Origin: an uncultured virus (IMG/VR IMGVR_UViG_3300020414_000716)
Taxonomy: Duplodnaviria; Heunggongvirae; Uroviricota; Caudoviricetes
Reading direction: 5' to 3' (one strand)
Virus record (IMG/VR): IMGVR_UViG_3300020414_000716
Length of the DNA stretch: 64,000 nucleotides
In this document: piece after piece, positions 28,891 through 37,158 of the stretch
How positions within the stretch are numbered: the stretch's first letter is position 1
Layout: each line of letters starts with the position of its first letter
Notes under the pieces: model-generated
Seen by the model: only the letters and a program-made list of their open reading frames with translations
What the model was told of the DNA's origin: nothing
Database searches by the model: none
Translations under genes and position numbers: made by a program

Positions 28891-29597
28891 TTAATCACTT
28901 TTATCAATAATGTATTTTTTGTCGGTAAATCGTTTCCTTCTTTTAATTTAGACCTTGGAATCTCGTCCATAAATTTAGAAGCAATTATATTACCACCTTC
29001 TACTAGTCTATCAAGTAACTTCAAATCTGTCAAGGTCTTTTCTACACATTCGTCATATCCAGTTATGCGAGAACCTCTTGCAGATAAATGTCCTTCGAAC
29101 TTTGTGAGTTTTTTACTTGAAGTGTTATAGGTGAATAACATTCTTGCACGAGGTATTTCTACAGGGTCTATTGATTTATATTTTTTCCATTCGTCCAAGT
29201 AAGTAATTTTCTTTACTACTTGTGCAGGTGTTTTGATTCTAGGTTTACGCACTGGTTTATATTCGTCACAATATTTTTCAATATCCTTTTCTATTCCGTC
29301 TAGGAATTTAAGTGCGTACTTCTTTTGAGTCTTGTTGAGAAATGAATATGCTTCTTCGAGTTGTTCACAACCTTCTTCATTCTTTATTTCATATTGCGTA
29401 TCATGTGTCCAACCTTTCATGTATTGAACCACACGACTACTGTAACCTAATTGTCGAAGATACTTGTACATGGAAAAAGGATTCTTCTTCCTATCCATAA
29501 CTTTATCTATTTCAAGTTCAACAGGGTCTAAGGCATTTAGAGCCTTTAACCTCATTCTTTCTTGAATTGATATTTTTTGGGTACTAGTTTTATTCAT
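28887..29597 (-). CDS. Conserved T4-like hypothetical protein
   Basis: SIQERM, QLEEAYS, KSIDP, YNT..KL motifs; own promoter. Confidence 0.7.
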   Translation of the reverse strand: MNKTSTQKISIQERMRLKALNALDPVELEIDKVMDRKKNPFSMYKYLRQLGYSSRVVQYMKGWTHDTQYEIKNEEGCEQLEEAYSFLNKTQKKYALKFLDGIEKDIEKYCDEYKPVRKPRIKTPAQVVKKITYLDEWKKYKSIDPVEIPRARMLFTYNTSSKKLTKFEGHLSARGSRITGYDECVEKTLTDLKLLDRLVEGGNIIASKFMDEIPRSKLKEGNDLPTKNTLLIKVIK

Positions 29598-29604
29598 AAC
29601 AAAG

Positions 29605-29634
29605 ATTATATATAAAAATCTAGGTCACTGTCAA
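29605..29634 (-). promoter_or_regulatory. Early promoter TTGACA-N18-TATAAT
   Basis: TTGACAGTGACCTAGATTTTTATATATAAT. Confidence 0.75.
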
Positions 29635-31025
29635 GAGTTTTCGTTAGTTTCGTCTGATTTATTTGTCAACATAAATTTTCGTTGAGGGTTAATCATGACA
29701 TTTGCACGTCCCATTAAATCACGATTCACTAGGAATGGAATTGCGATACGTTGGTCTAGTGACACTTCAACATCTTTATAAGTAGTGTTCAAGAATTCTA
29801 CGTCAATCAAAACAACTGGTCTTGTCTCTGCAGGTTTCTTTAGTGTAACTTTTCTATGTAATGGTTTAGTATGTTTCTTACCATTGTAAGTCCATGATAC
29901 AGATTTACCCTGAACCTTTACGTCTTCTGCGTGAAGTGAACATACTGTAGTTGAGTTACCAGTATCTAACTTCCCAGTCATTTCTTGTCCGTCCACTGTA
30001 AACGTTTCTAACACTCCACACTGTTTAGGTTCCTTTCTCCATATCTCTCTATCGAAATAAAGTTTAAGAACCATTTTAGTAATGTCCTCTTCGATTGCCT
30101 CTGAGATTGCTTTACTTCCTGCACTATGATTCACCTCTAGAATATAAGGTGATTGTTTAACACGATTCTTTGCAGGAATAAAATCAACACCAACCCACTG
30201 ACCGTTTACACCTTTTGCAGCCTTTAGACATTCTTCTTTTTCCAGTTCAGTCATTTCAATCAACTCAACCTTTGCACCTTGTGATGCATTACTTCTAAAG
30301 TCGTCTGTAATTTTATTACGTTTCATTGCACCAACGATTTCACGATTTACGATTACACACCTTACGTCATAATCAGACTCAATATATTCTTGTAATAGAA
30401 TATCGGTGTAAGGGTCAATCTTATAAATCAGTGAGACCTGAGATTGTAGTGAACGTTCGGTTTCAATTAGAATCACACCAACACCTTTTGAACCACTAAG
30501 TGTTTTAAGTACCATTGGAAATTTGTTATCGAGTGCTTCGTGAGCATCGTCAACAGCTTCGGGTGAATCATTTGGAATCAAAACTGTACGAGGTTGGTTC
30601 ATTCCGATTTCCTGTAGACGGAGATAAGTTCGGAACTTATCACAGCACACTTCAATACACTCCCTAGTGTTATTACATGGAATACCGTATCTCTCAATCT
30701 GAGAAATCAAATCCATGTAAGAATCTTTTCTAGTAACGTCACCACGAATGAACACTATAGTGTCTTCGTCCATTTCAAATCCTTTCTCGTCACCTTCGTT
30801 GTGAATTGTAACAATCTGTTTGTCTTCGTCAAACTGAATGAATGCACCATTGATTCTACAGTTGTAAGTTGTGATACCTAACTTCTCTGCTTTCTGCGTG
30901 AGTTTAAATGAAGTTCCTGTCTTGGAAATTTTCTTTGGACGCTCAGCAAGTACGACCAGTCTGTACGGGTCTTCTCGTTTTGCAACGTCTTTTGCTTCTG
31001 TAATTATCTCGTTAAAGGACTTCAT
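29631..31025 (-). CDS. RimK-family ATP-grasp ligase fused to a C-terminal retropepsin-like (RimB-type) protease domain
   Basis: DKFRT, PMVLKTLSGSKGVGV, LLQEYI, DVR, FRSNASQG, GVDFI, ILEVN; C-terminal KLDTGN..SLHA..RPVV..LVNR. Start reassigned to MKSFNEIITE after late-type CATAAATA (31031-31038). Confidence 0.87.
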   Translation of the reverse strand: MKSFNEIITEAKDVAKREDPYRLVVLAERPKKISKTGTSFKLTQKAEKLGITTYNCRINGAFIQFDEDKQIVTIHNEGDEKGFEMDEDTIVFIRGDVTRKDSYMDLISQIERYGIPCNNTRECIEVCCDKFRTYLRLQEIGMNQPRTVLIPNDSPEAVDDAHEALDNKFPMVLKTLSGSKGVGVILIETERSLQSQVSLIYKIDPYTDILLQEYIESDYDVRCVIVNREIVGAMKRNKITDDFRSNASQGAKVELIEMTELEKEECLKAAKGVNGQWVGVDFIPAKNRVKQSPYILEVNHSAGSKAISEAIEEDITKMVLKLYFDREIWRKEPKQCGVLETFTVDGQEMTGKLDTGNSTTVCSLHAEDVKVQGKSVSWTYNGKKHTKPLHRKVTLKKPAETRPVVLIDVEFLNTTYKDVEVSLDQRIAIPFLVNRDLMGRANVMINPQRKFMLTNKSDETNENS

Positions 31026-31029
31026 TCTA

Positions 31030-31377
31030 CTATTTATGTTTTTCGTGCAATTTGACGAAATGTTCTGCATCAACTAACACGAGAGGTTTACTTCTATTAC
31101 GTTTGATTACAACTAAAGGTTCATATCCTTTACAGTTGGATTCTGCTTGTTCATAGGCTTTCCAAACGTTAACTGCCTCTTGATTCTTGCATTCGATAGA
31201 GTAGGGGAACTGTTCTCTTGACTCACGTCCCATAATTATATCTTCACCCTGAGAACCCATAGGTCTTGATTCTAAATCGTCTTCGTTTAAATTAAGTCCT
31301 TCGATAAGAACTTTAGTAAACCACTGTTGGAGTTTTCTTCCTTTTGCTTTTGCACTCGCAGTTTTCACTTTCTCCAA
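31030..31377 (-). CDS. Holliday-junction-resolvase-like PD-(D/E)XK nuclease
   Basis: SAKAKGR.LQQW, MGSQGEDI, FPYSIECKNQE. Confidence 0.75.
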   Translation of the reverse strand: MEKVKTASAKAKGRKLQQWFTKVLIEGLNLNEDDLESRPMGSQGEDIIMGRESREQFPYSIECKNQEAVNVWKAYEQAESNCKGYEPLVVIKRNRSKPLVLVDAEHFVKLHEKHK

Positions 31378-31922
31378 TCCCTATATTTTTTTGATAAGTC
31401 GTTTGAAGAACTAGGGTCATACTTTTTAACTTCAGATGGTTTAGGTTTAATCGTGATTGCATCGTCAAGGTGATGACTTATATCTATACCACCAAAATTT
31501 AATGTTTGTTCTTCTTCACCTTCTGTCCATGGATTATTATATTCGTGGAAGAATCTAAAATTCATTTTAGGTTCCCAAACTTCTGCAGGGTCTTCATAAA
31601 TCTCTTTAGGAAAATCAAGTGACTCACCACAACCACAAACGTCTTTGGTTTTACTATTATTAAATTGTATTTTCTGACCAATCCCTTCGTCAACTTCTAT
31701 TAAGTCTATCTCACATTGGTCTAGATATTTTTTATCGTATTTTGAAATTAGAATAATGTACTTTCCATTTACTCTTATCTGATAATCTGTTTTTGCTGGT
31801 TCTCCCTTCTCCCAAATATATTCATAACCTGCACAACCTTTATTTGGTCTAACACCAAAACGAATCGTGTCAATTCCTGACTCTGCAATAAATTTATCAG
31901 CCTTCGGCGTTATGGTTAACAT
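31365..31922 (-). CDS. HesB/IscA-family Fe-S cluster carrier with C-terminal extension
   Basis: ITPKA, GCAGYEY, CGCGES. Confidence 0.82.
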   Translation of the reverse strand: MLTITPKADKFIAESGIDTIRFGVRPNKGCAGYEYIWEKGEPAKTDYQIRVNGKYIILISKYDKKYLDQCEIDLIEVDEGIGQKIQFNNSKTKDVCGCGESLDFPKEIYEDPAEVWEPKMNFRFFHEYNNPWTEGEEEQTLNFGGIDISHHLDDAITIKPKPSEVKKYDPSSSNDLSKKYRDWRK

Positions 31923-32517
31923 TTACGTCCTCTAATTTTTTAATTTTAAATAGATATTCAGGTATATGTATATTTTGGTCTTCAGGAACATACAACCAAT
32001 TTATTTCTGAACGATTACAAGTGTCGATTGCATCTTCGATTGTCTCGACTAGTGCTTCCCCACCAAGATTAAATGAAGTGTTAAAAATCATGGGTACACC
32101 TGTTCGGTCATAGAAACCTTTAATTAAATTATAATAGTTTTTATTCTGTTCTTCGGTAACAGTCTGAATACGACACGTTCCGTCTGAATGAACCAGTGTA
32201 GGAATCTTTTCGTACGCAATATCTTTTGCCTGTATTGCAAAACTCATCCATGGTGATTCTTCTAACTGTAACATATGAAACCAATCATGTGCGTGTTCTT
32301 TTAAACAGGTTCCTGCAAATGGTCGATAGTGTTCTCTCTTCTTTACGTTGTTGACAATTTGTTTTGCTTCTTTATGTCTTGGGTCAAATAATATTGAACG
32401 GTTTCCTAATGCTCTCGGCCCCCACTCTCCTTTACCCTGAAAGATTGCAACAATTTGTTCTTCGTCAATCAGTAAGTCTAAACACTCGTCTAAGTCTCGT
32501 ACTATTCTTGTAATCAT
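31897..32517 (-). CDS. Carbamoyltransferase C-terminal (YrdC-like) domain
   Basis: FQGKGEWGPRALGNRSILFDP, VKKREHYRPFA, HSDGTCRIQTV, NTSFN. Confidence 0.92.
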   Translation of the reverse strand: MITRIVRDLDECLDLLIDEEQIVAIFQGKGEWGPRALGNRSILFDPRHKEAKQIVNNVKKREHYRPFAGTCLKEHAHDWFHMLQLEESPWMSFAIQAKDIAYEKIPTLVHSDGTCRIQTVTEEQNKNYYNLIKGFYDRTGVPMIFNTSFNLGGEALVETIEDAIDTCNRSEINWLYVPEDQNIHIPEYLFKIKKLEDVNVNHNAEG

Positions 32518-33707
32518 GATTCACTCCATACACTAGGTTTACAATATGCAGGTTCTATTCCGTCAACCATTTGTTGATACATTTGTAGTGCAGCTCCAGC
32601 TGCAGTTCCACCGTCATGTGGAATCGGGTCAACAAATATTTGGTGATTCGGGAATCTTTGCAAGTACTTATAATTGTTTGTACAGTTCAATGCATATCCA
32701 CCTGATAAAATAATATTCTTACAGTCGGGATTATAATCGATTGCCTTTTTAATGAGTTCCACCGTGTAATCATATGCGACCAGTTCTAATTCATGTGCAA
32801 TATTAAATCGATTGAACACTTGGGGTTGGTGGTGACCGTAACTTGCCATACCCATGACCTTACCAGCAGCACGACCCAACTTATCTGTTCCCAGTGCGTG
32901 AGAAGCATTACTGAAGTTCATACCCATAGAAGGCCAACTGGTCAATTCATAATCGACTCCGTCAAGTGTTACTTTATCATTCAGTGGACACTCCAAGAAT
33001 GAACTCAACTCATTTGGAAACTGTTCTGAAATATCATGAATAAATCTGAGGTTCGAAAGTTTCTGATACTGAGGTTCAATATGCATTCCGTCTTCGTCTT
33101 TGTATCCGTAGTAGATACTTTCGATTTCTTGGTGCGTAGGATACATATCCCACAACTTACGACACCCACCACCGTCCATGACAATAATGATTGCATTGTC
33201 CATATGAGGTGCAAGATTCAATCCACAATACGCATGGTGAATATGGTGGTCAACATTATACTGATACTCACCTCTAGGTAAACCTAACTGTTCGGTGATA
33301 ATGTCGTCCATAATCGTTTCGTCCCCTGAATTAGGACAAAAGACAAAATTAAACTCTTCCCATTTCTCTGCAAGGTTTTCTAACTTCTCTCTTGTTAATT
33401 GTCTATGTGAGAAGTCCTCTTTGAACTCACGAGTACGAATTCGGTCTTGGGTTAATTCACTATCGACATTGTAAGTGTAGTCCCGTCTATCAAAACTTGC
33501 AAACACCACTTCGTCTATTGCATCGACATTGATTTTCTGTTCAATGGATTGGAGTAGGGTTTGTTCGGTTTCTTTGGGTGACCAATACTTTTTACGTCTG
33601 CAACGTTCTTCTTCAAACACGTCTACGAGTACACCGTTTTTAACGACTGCAATAGATGTGTCATGCGAGATATTCACACCAAGAATGGTGTTATTGAGTT
33701 TACTCAT
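32514..33707 (-). CDS. Carbamoyltransferase N-terminal (Kae1-like) domain, NodU/CmcH family
   Basis: GVNISHDTS, EEER..R.K, HHIHHA, DGGG, GKVMGMASYG, SGGYALNC..N, DGGTAAG. Confidence 0.92.
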   Translation of the reverse strand: MSKLNNTILGVNISHDTSIAVVKNGVLVDVFEEERCRRKKYWSPKETEQTLLQSIEQKINVDAIDEVVFASFDRRDYTYNVDSELTQDRIRTREFKEDFSHRQLTREKLENLAEKWEEFNFVFCPNSGDETIMDDIITEQLGLPRGEYQYNVDHHIHHAYCGLNLAPHMDNAIIIVMDGGGCRKLWDMYPTHQEIESIYYGYKDEDGMHIEPQYQKLSNLRFIHDISEQFPNELSSFLECPLNDKVTLDGVDYELTSWPSMGMNFSNASHALGTDKLGRAAGKVMGMASYGHHQPQVFNRFNIAHELELVAYDYTVELIKKAIDYNPDCKNIILSGGYALNCTNNYKYLQRFPNHQIFVDPIPHDGGTAAGAALQMYQQMVDGIEPAYCKPSVWSES

Positions 33708-33718
33708 AATAAAAAATC

Positions 33719-33892
33719 CTATTCTGTTTCTTTCGGTGCATAGTGTTCAATCAATTTCTTTGAAGTAACTAATTTTGCGTCTAATAGCTCCTCACAAAGT
33801 GCTTTTCGTCCTGATTTATATCCACTGCGAAAAACAAAGTACACTAATGCAACAATATAACCAATATGTATAAGAATTAACGTATCAGACAT
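33719..33892 (-). CDS. Small membrane hypothetical protein (57 aa)
   Basis: Manual translation MSDTLILIHIGYIVALVYFVFRSGYKSGRK... Confidence 0.55.
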   Translation of the reverse strand: MSDTLILIHIGYIVALVYFVFRSGYKSGRKALCEELLDAKLVTSKKLIEHYAPKETE

Positions 33893-33894
33893 AT

Positions 33895-34101
33895 TTACAC
33901 TCCCGTATAGTTATCATCGTCATAATAATCATGTGTTTTATTCTTTTTGGGTTTAGGTTTCCAATAATCAATGATTTCGTCCCTATAATACCACACATAC
34001 GCACCAATCGACCAATAAATGATTATACCGAACATATAAATGAACGAATTCGATACAACCCACCATGGGAAGGTTAAAAAGTCTGAAATAAATTCTAACA
34101 T
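33895..34101 (-). CDS. Small membrane hypothetical protein
   Basis: One TM segment. Confidence 0.55.
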   Translation of the reverse strand: MLEFISDFLTFPWWVVSNSFIYMFGIIIYWSIGAYVWYYRDEIIDYWKPKPKKNKTHDYYDDDNYTGV

Positions 34102-34109
34102 ACGATTAT

Positions 34110-34382
34110 TTATGCGATAAAAAAGTATTTAATTAATCCACTGAGTAAAATAAGAAAACCCACTGCATTTAATAATATCAATGCACGGTCTTCCCATATA
34201 ATACTCACCACTAACCAACCCGTGACACCTAGAAACGATAGGGACAAATCCAATATCTGCAATTCAGGTATACCACTACTGCGTACGGACATTCCCAATA
34301 CCAGTAATATACTTGCACACCACTTGATAATCCACGCAACTTTCTCACGTTTTATCTGCGACATCATAGCACTCTTAGCCAT
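34110..34382 (-). CDS. Three-TM membrane protein
   Basis: WIIKW.AS...GWLVVSIIWEDRALILLN. Confidence 0.7.
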   Translation of the reverse strand: MAKSAMMSQIKREKVAWIIKWCASILLVLGMSVRSSGIPELQILDLSLSFLGVTGWLVVSIIWEDRALILLNAVGFLILLSGLIKYFFIA

Positions 34383-34466
34383 ATTATTTAATTCTCATGT
34401 CATACCACATAATGGCAATAATTAACATACTCACGGTAATAAAACCTAACCAAATCAACGGTTCAA

Positions 34467-34796
34467 TCATCTTCCTATATCCTTAATACATTTCTTGGGA
34501 ATCACCTGATACGCACCTTTATTATATGCAGGTGCAACAGTATATTGTTTACTTATCTCTTTCTTATACGAATCGTCCTCTCTGACTCCCGTAGAACGAT
34601 TCTGAGACACGTTTGACACATACGAGGGGTAACGTTCCCTATGTGCATTCATTTCGTCTATACGGTCTTTTATGTGCGACTCAACCCGTAGAGACTCCGT
34701 ACGACACTTACGGGGTGCAGATTTCTTTCTCCACGCATTCGTCTTACGTTTCTTGCCACTGTAAGAATGAGTCATAGAACCATAAAACATACCCAT
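34467..34796 (-). CDS. Conserved T4-like hypothetical basic protein
   Basis: C-terminal TVAPAYNKGAYQVI...IKDIGR motif. Confidence 0.75.
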   Translation of the reverse strand: MGMFYGSMTHSYSGKKRKTNAWRKKSAPRKCRTESLRVESHIKDRIDEMNAHRERYPSYVSNVSQNRSTGVREDDSYKKEISKQYTVAPAYNKGAYQVIPKKCIKDIGR

Positions 34797-34990
34797 TAGG
34801 TTAACCTCTCAGTGTCTGTTTCAATAATAGGTGAATCATAGTACATAGGTTCTTCGTCCTGACCCACCTCTTCCAGCCATATTGCGAATAACATAATAGT
34901 TATCCACATAATCATATGAAATGGAATAAAGAACTCACTAGAGGAACTCCAAGGTTTTTCGTCCAGTATCCTTTTTAGTATTTTACGCAT
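34796..34990 (-). CDS. Small membrane hypothetical protein
   Basis: One TM; coupled to downstream gene. Confidence 0.5.
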   Translation of the reverse strand: MRKILKRILDEKPWSSSSEFFIPFHMIMWITIMLFAIWLEEVGQDEEPMYYDSPIIETDTERLT

Positions 34991-35268
34991 ATTTGCCCCG
35001 AAAAAAATTTTTAATCATAATAATATAAATCTCCAATAACTTTTAGGGTGGGGGTCTAGGTCATTCTCAAAAGACCATAGGAGTCCCATAATACTGTTTT
35101 TCGCAGTCCCTAAAAGGGGTGGGCGGTCTTCTCATTCCGCCCTGCTGATTGTCGGCATCAGAGCCCTAGAGTCTTAATGTTTTTATCAGAAAACTCACAC
35201 GATTCCTCAATGGTATCAATCATGCAATCCACGGTCTTATACTCTAGTCAATCCCAGTGAATACTTCT

Positions 35269-35297
35269 ATTATATCATAGGTGGGTCTGTCCGTCTA
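35269..35297 (-). promoter_or_regulatory. sigma70-type promoter TAGACG-N17-TATAAT
   Basis: TAGACGGACAGACCCACCTATGATATAAT with extended -10. Confidence 0.6.
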
Positions 35298-35522
35298 GTG
35301 GAAAACCCTATCCTTTCCATTCACTACTATGCAATCAATGTTTATATTCCCTCTTGGGTCTATGAAACCATTACTCACGCATATATCACACACGCAATCC
35401 CACGCCCAGTTCAGGTCAACGTCCTTATTGAGTGCGAGTTGCATTTGTTTACTGTTGAATGGTATAGAGATAGGACTCCCGTCACTGACAAGACTCCCAC
35501 GAATTCCATTTACAATTCTCAT
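35295..35522 (-). CDS. Hypothetical early protein (probably leaderless)
   Basis: 75-aa ORF starting ~9 nt after the -10 box of promoter 35532-35561. Confidence 0.5.
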   Translation of the reverse strand: MRIVNGIRGSLVSDGSPISIPFNSKQMQLALNKDVDLNWAWDCVCDICVSNGFIDPRGNINIDCIVVNGKDRVFH

Positions 35523-35531
35523 TATGCAGCT

Positions 35532-35561
35532 AGCTTACCATAAAACTGGGGGCATTGTCAA
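35532..35561 (-). promoter_or_regulatory. Early promoter TTGACA-N18-TAAGCT
   Basis: TTGACAATGCCCCCAGTTTTATGGTAAGCT. Confidence 0.65.
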
Positions 35562-35572
35562 GCATTTTATGA

Positions 35573-35724
35573 CCCTCTGAAACCCCTTGCCAGCAGGGGT
35601 TGGCGAGGAGCTTGACAACGCTGACAAAATATGGTATAATGGAGGGCTGGGCAAACACTTAGTGCGCTTGACAATGGCTCGAAAATATGTTATAATATAG
35701 GGCTACCCACCCCCTCTGAAACCC
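35573..35724. repeat. Direct repeat CCCTCTGAAACCC (35573-35585 and 35712-35724) flanking two plus-strand promoters
   Basis: 13-bp exact repeat seen in sequence. Confidence 0.7.
35612..35696 (+). promoter_or_regulatory. Two tandem consensus sigma70 promoters on the plus strand
   Basis: TTGACA-N17-TATAAT at 35612-35640 and 35668-35696, both with AAAATATGnTATAAT. Confidence 0.8.
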
Positions 35725-35754
35725 TTATGGCCACTGCGTTTCCGACACGCCCAT

Positions 35755-35815
35755 AAAAAAACCCCCCGACTAGGTAGGGTTGCGAACCACTTTCATATAT
35801 TACCTTCGGGGGGGT
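35755..35815 (-). terminator. Long intrinsic terminator hairpin
   Basis: ACCCCCCCGA-AGGUA...UACCU-AGUCGGGGGGU followed by a U run on the minus strand. Confidence 0.7.
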
Positions 35816-35894
35816 GAATCTCTATCGACACATGAGTTAAGCCGTTACGTTATTACCTGAATATTCCTTCTCCTTTATTTCTCATCATGGGGCT

Positions 35895-35924
35895 AGTATA
35901 CGAAAAAAGTAGAGTCATTGTCAA
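35895..35924 (-). promoter_or_regulatory. Early promoter TTGACA-N18-TATACT
   Basis: TTGACAATGACTCTACTTTTTTCGTATACT. Confidence 0.75.
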
Positions 35925-36237
35925 GCATTATATTACAGACCCACCATAGGAAACACTAGGTGTTCACTACGCATATACACGGGCGCAAACTCCCATCCTA
36001 TCCACGACTTGCCCTAGGGGAGACACTGAAATCGCCTCTGAGGGCTTGACTCCCGACTAAAACTCGTGTTTGTATCCCCGAACAACACCACCAAATCACG
36101 TTTTTTATACCCTCAGATATATCTCTCAGAATTATATTATTTTGTGTGTAATAGTGTGACGTAGTGTGTAATTATATTCGGAGACATACGAAGTCCCTCA
36201 GAATTATATTAAAGTAACGTATTATCAGTATCTTAGA

Positions 36238-36396
36238 CTAGTTCTTACACCGATTATGTGCATCTTGTATCTCATCACTTACCTTTGTCTCCCATATACA
36301 AGGTATTAACCCATGTATGAATAGTATTGCACTCATTCTCCATGCGTGTATGAGGTGGGTAAAATAACCCATATTGATGTCTTTGAGGTGTTGCAT
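36238..36396 (-). CDS. Small His-rich hypothetical protein (52 aa)
   Basis: Manual translation MQHLKDINMGYFTHLIHAWRMSAILFIHGLIPCIWETKVS... Confidence 0.55.
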   Translation of the reverse strand: MQHLKDINMGYFTHLIHAWRMSAILFIHGLIPCIWETKVSDEIQDAHNRCKN

Positions 36397-36405
36397 ATAG
36401 TGTAT

Positions 36406-37158
36406 TTAGAATACATTCTCTTGAAACGTGTCTTTTTCATCAGGATATTGTTTCTCGTATATATCTTTCAGTTTCTTCATATCATTATCAGTAACCCTAC
36501 CGTGGCCGTGTAAGTGTCTAGGATATTCGTGTTGTTCTCTTCTAAGTCTATCGGACGAGCGTTGTGAGTCTCTACGAATATGCAGGAATCTTTTAGTGTC
36601 TTCTGTATAGTGTGGGTCTTCTTCCCATATATCAAATGCAAGTGATATGCGTGGCGTGGTGTGTATGTTCCGTTTGACGTGGTGTCTATGTTCACGTCCG
36701 ACTATGTGTAGTGTACCTCTAGTGTTTTGTTGTTTACCTTCTTCCCAATGCGTATAAGAGGGGTCGGCGCCGTCAAGGTATATACTACACGCATATATTT
36801 TTAGATTGGGGTCTTTGGGATATTCATGTGCGTGTTCTTTTATTTCTTGTCCTTGGTGGAGTACATTTCCCCAACATTGCACCCATAATTCGTCATACCA
36901 GTTGTCTTTTCTTGGTTCAAACAATGGTAAATTAAATATTCTATCGGGTATATTCAGTATGCGTATGTCGGGGTGAGTAAGGAAATTATAGACGTTAAAT
37001 TGATGTGTCAGTCCTGTATAAATGGTCTTGGGATATGAATTGGGTATTCCTAGTATCTTGGATTCGTCTCGTCTGAGGATAGATGCGACAAAGAGAGATT
37101 CCTCTTCCGTGAGAAACCCCTCATATTCAACGTGTCCTTTTCGGTCTAGAGAAACCAT
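36406..37158 (-). CDS. 2OG-Fe(II) oxygenase-like protein
   Basis: CWGNV, HAH, YL, H.V, RISLAFDI. Confidence 0.7.
   Translation of the reverse strand: MVSLDRKGHVEYEGFLTEEESLFVASILRRDESKILGIPNSYPKTIYTGLTHQFNVYNFLTHPDIRILNIPDRIFNLPLFEPRKDNWYDELWVQCWGNVLHQGQEIKEHAHEYPKDPNLKIYACSIYLDGADPSYTHWEEGKQQNTRGTLHIVGREHRHHVKRNIHTTPRISLAFDIWEEDPHYTEDTKRFLHIRRDSQRSSDRLRREQHEYPRHLHGHGRVTDNDMKKLKDIYEKQYPDEKDTFQENVF

Noticed and set aside
34991..36237. Possible CRISPR mini-array or tmRNA in the large non-coding region
   Set aside because: No regularly spaced repeats with unique spacers, and no tmRNA acceptor/T-arm or tag frame found.
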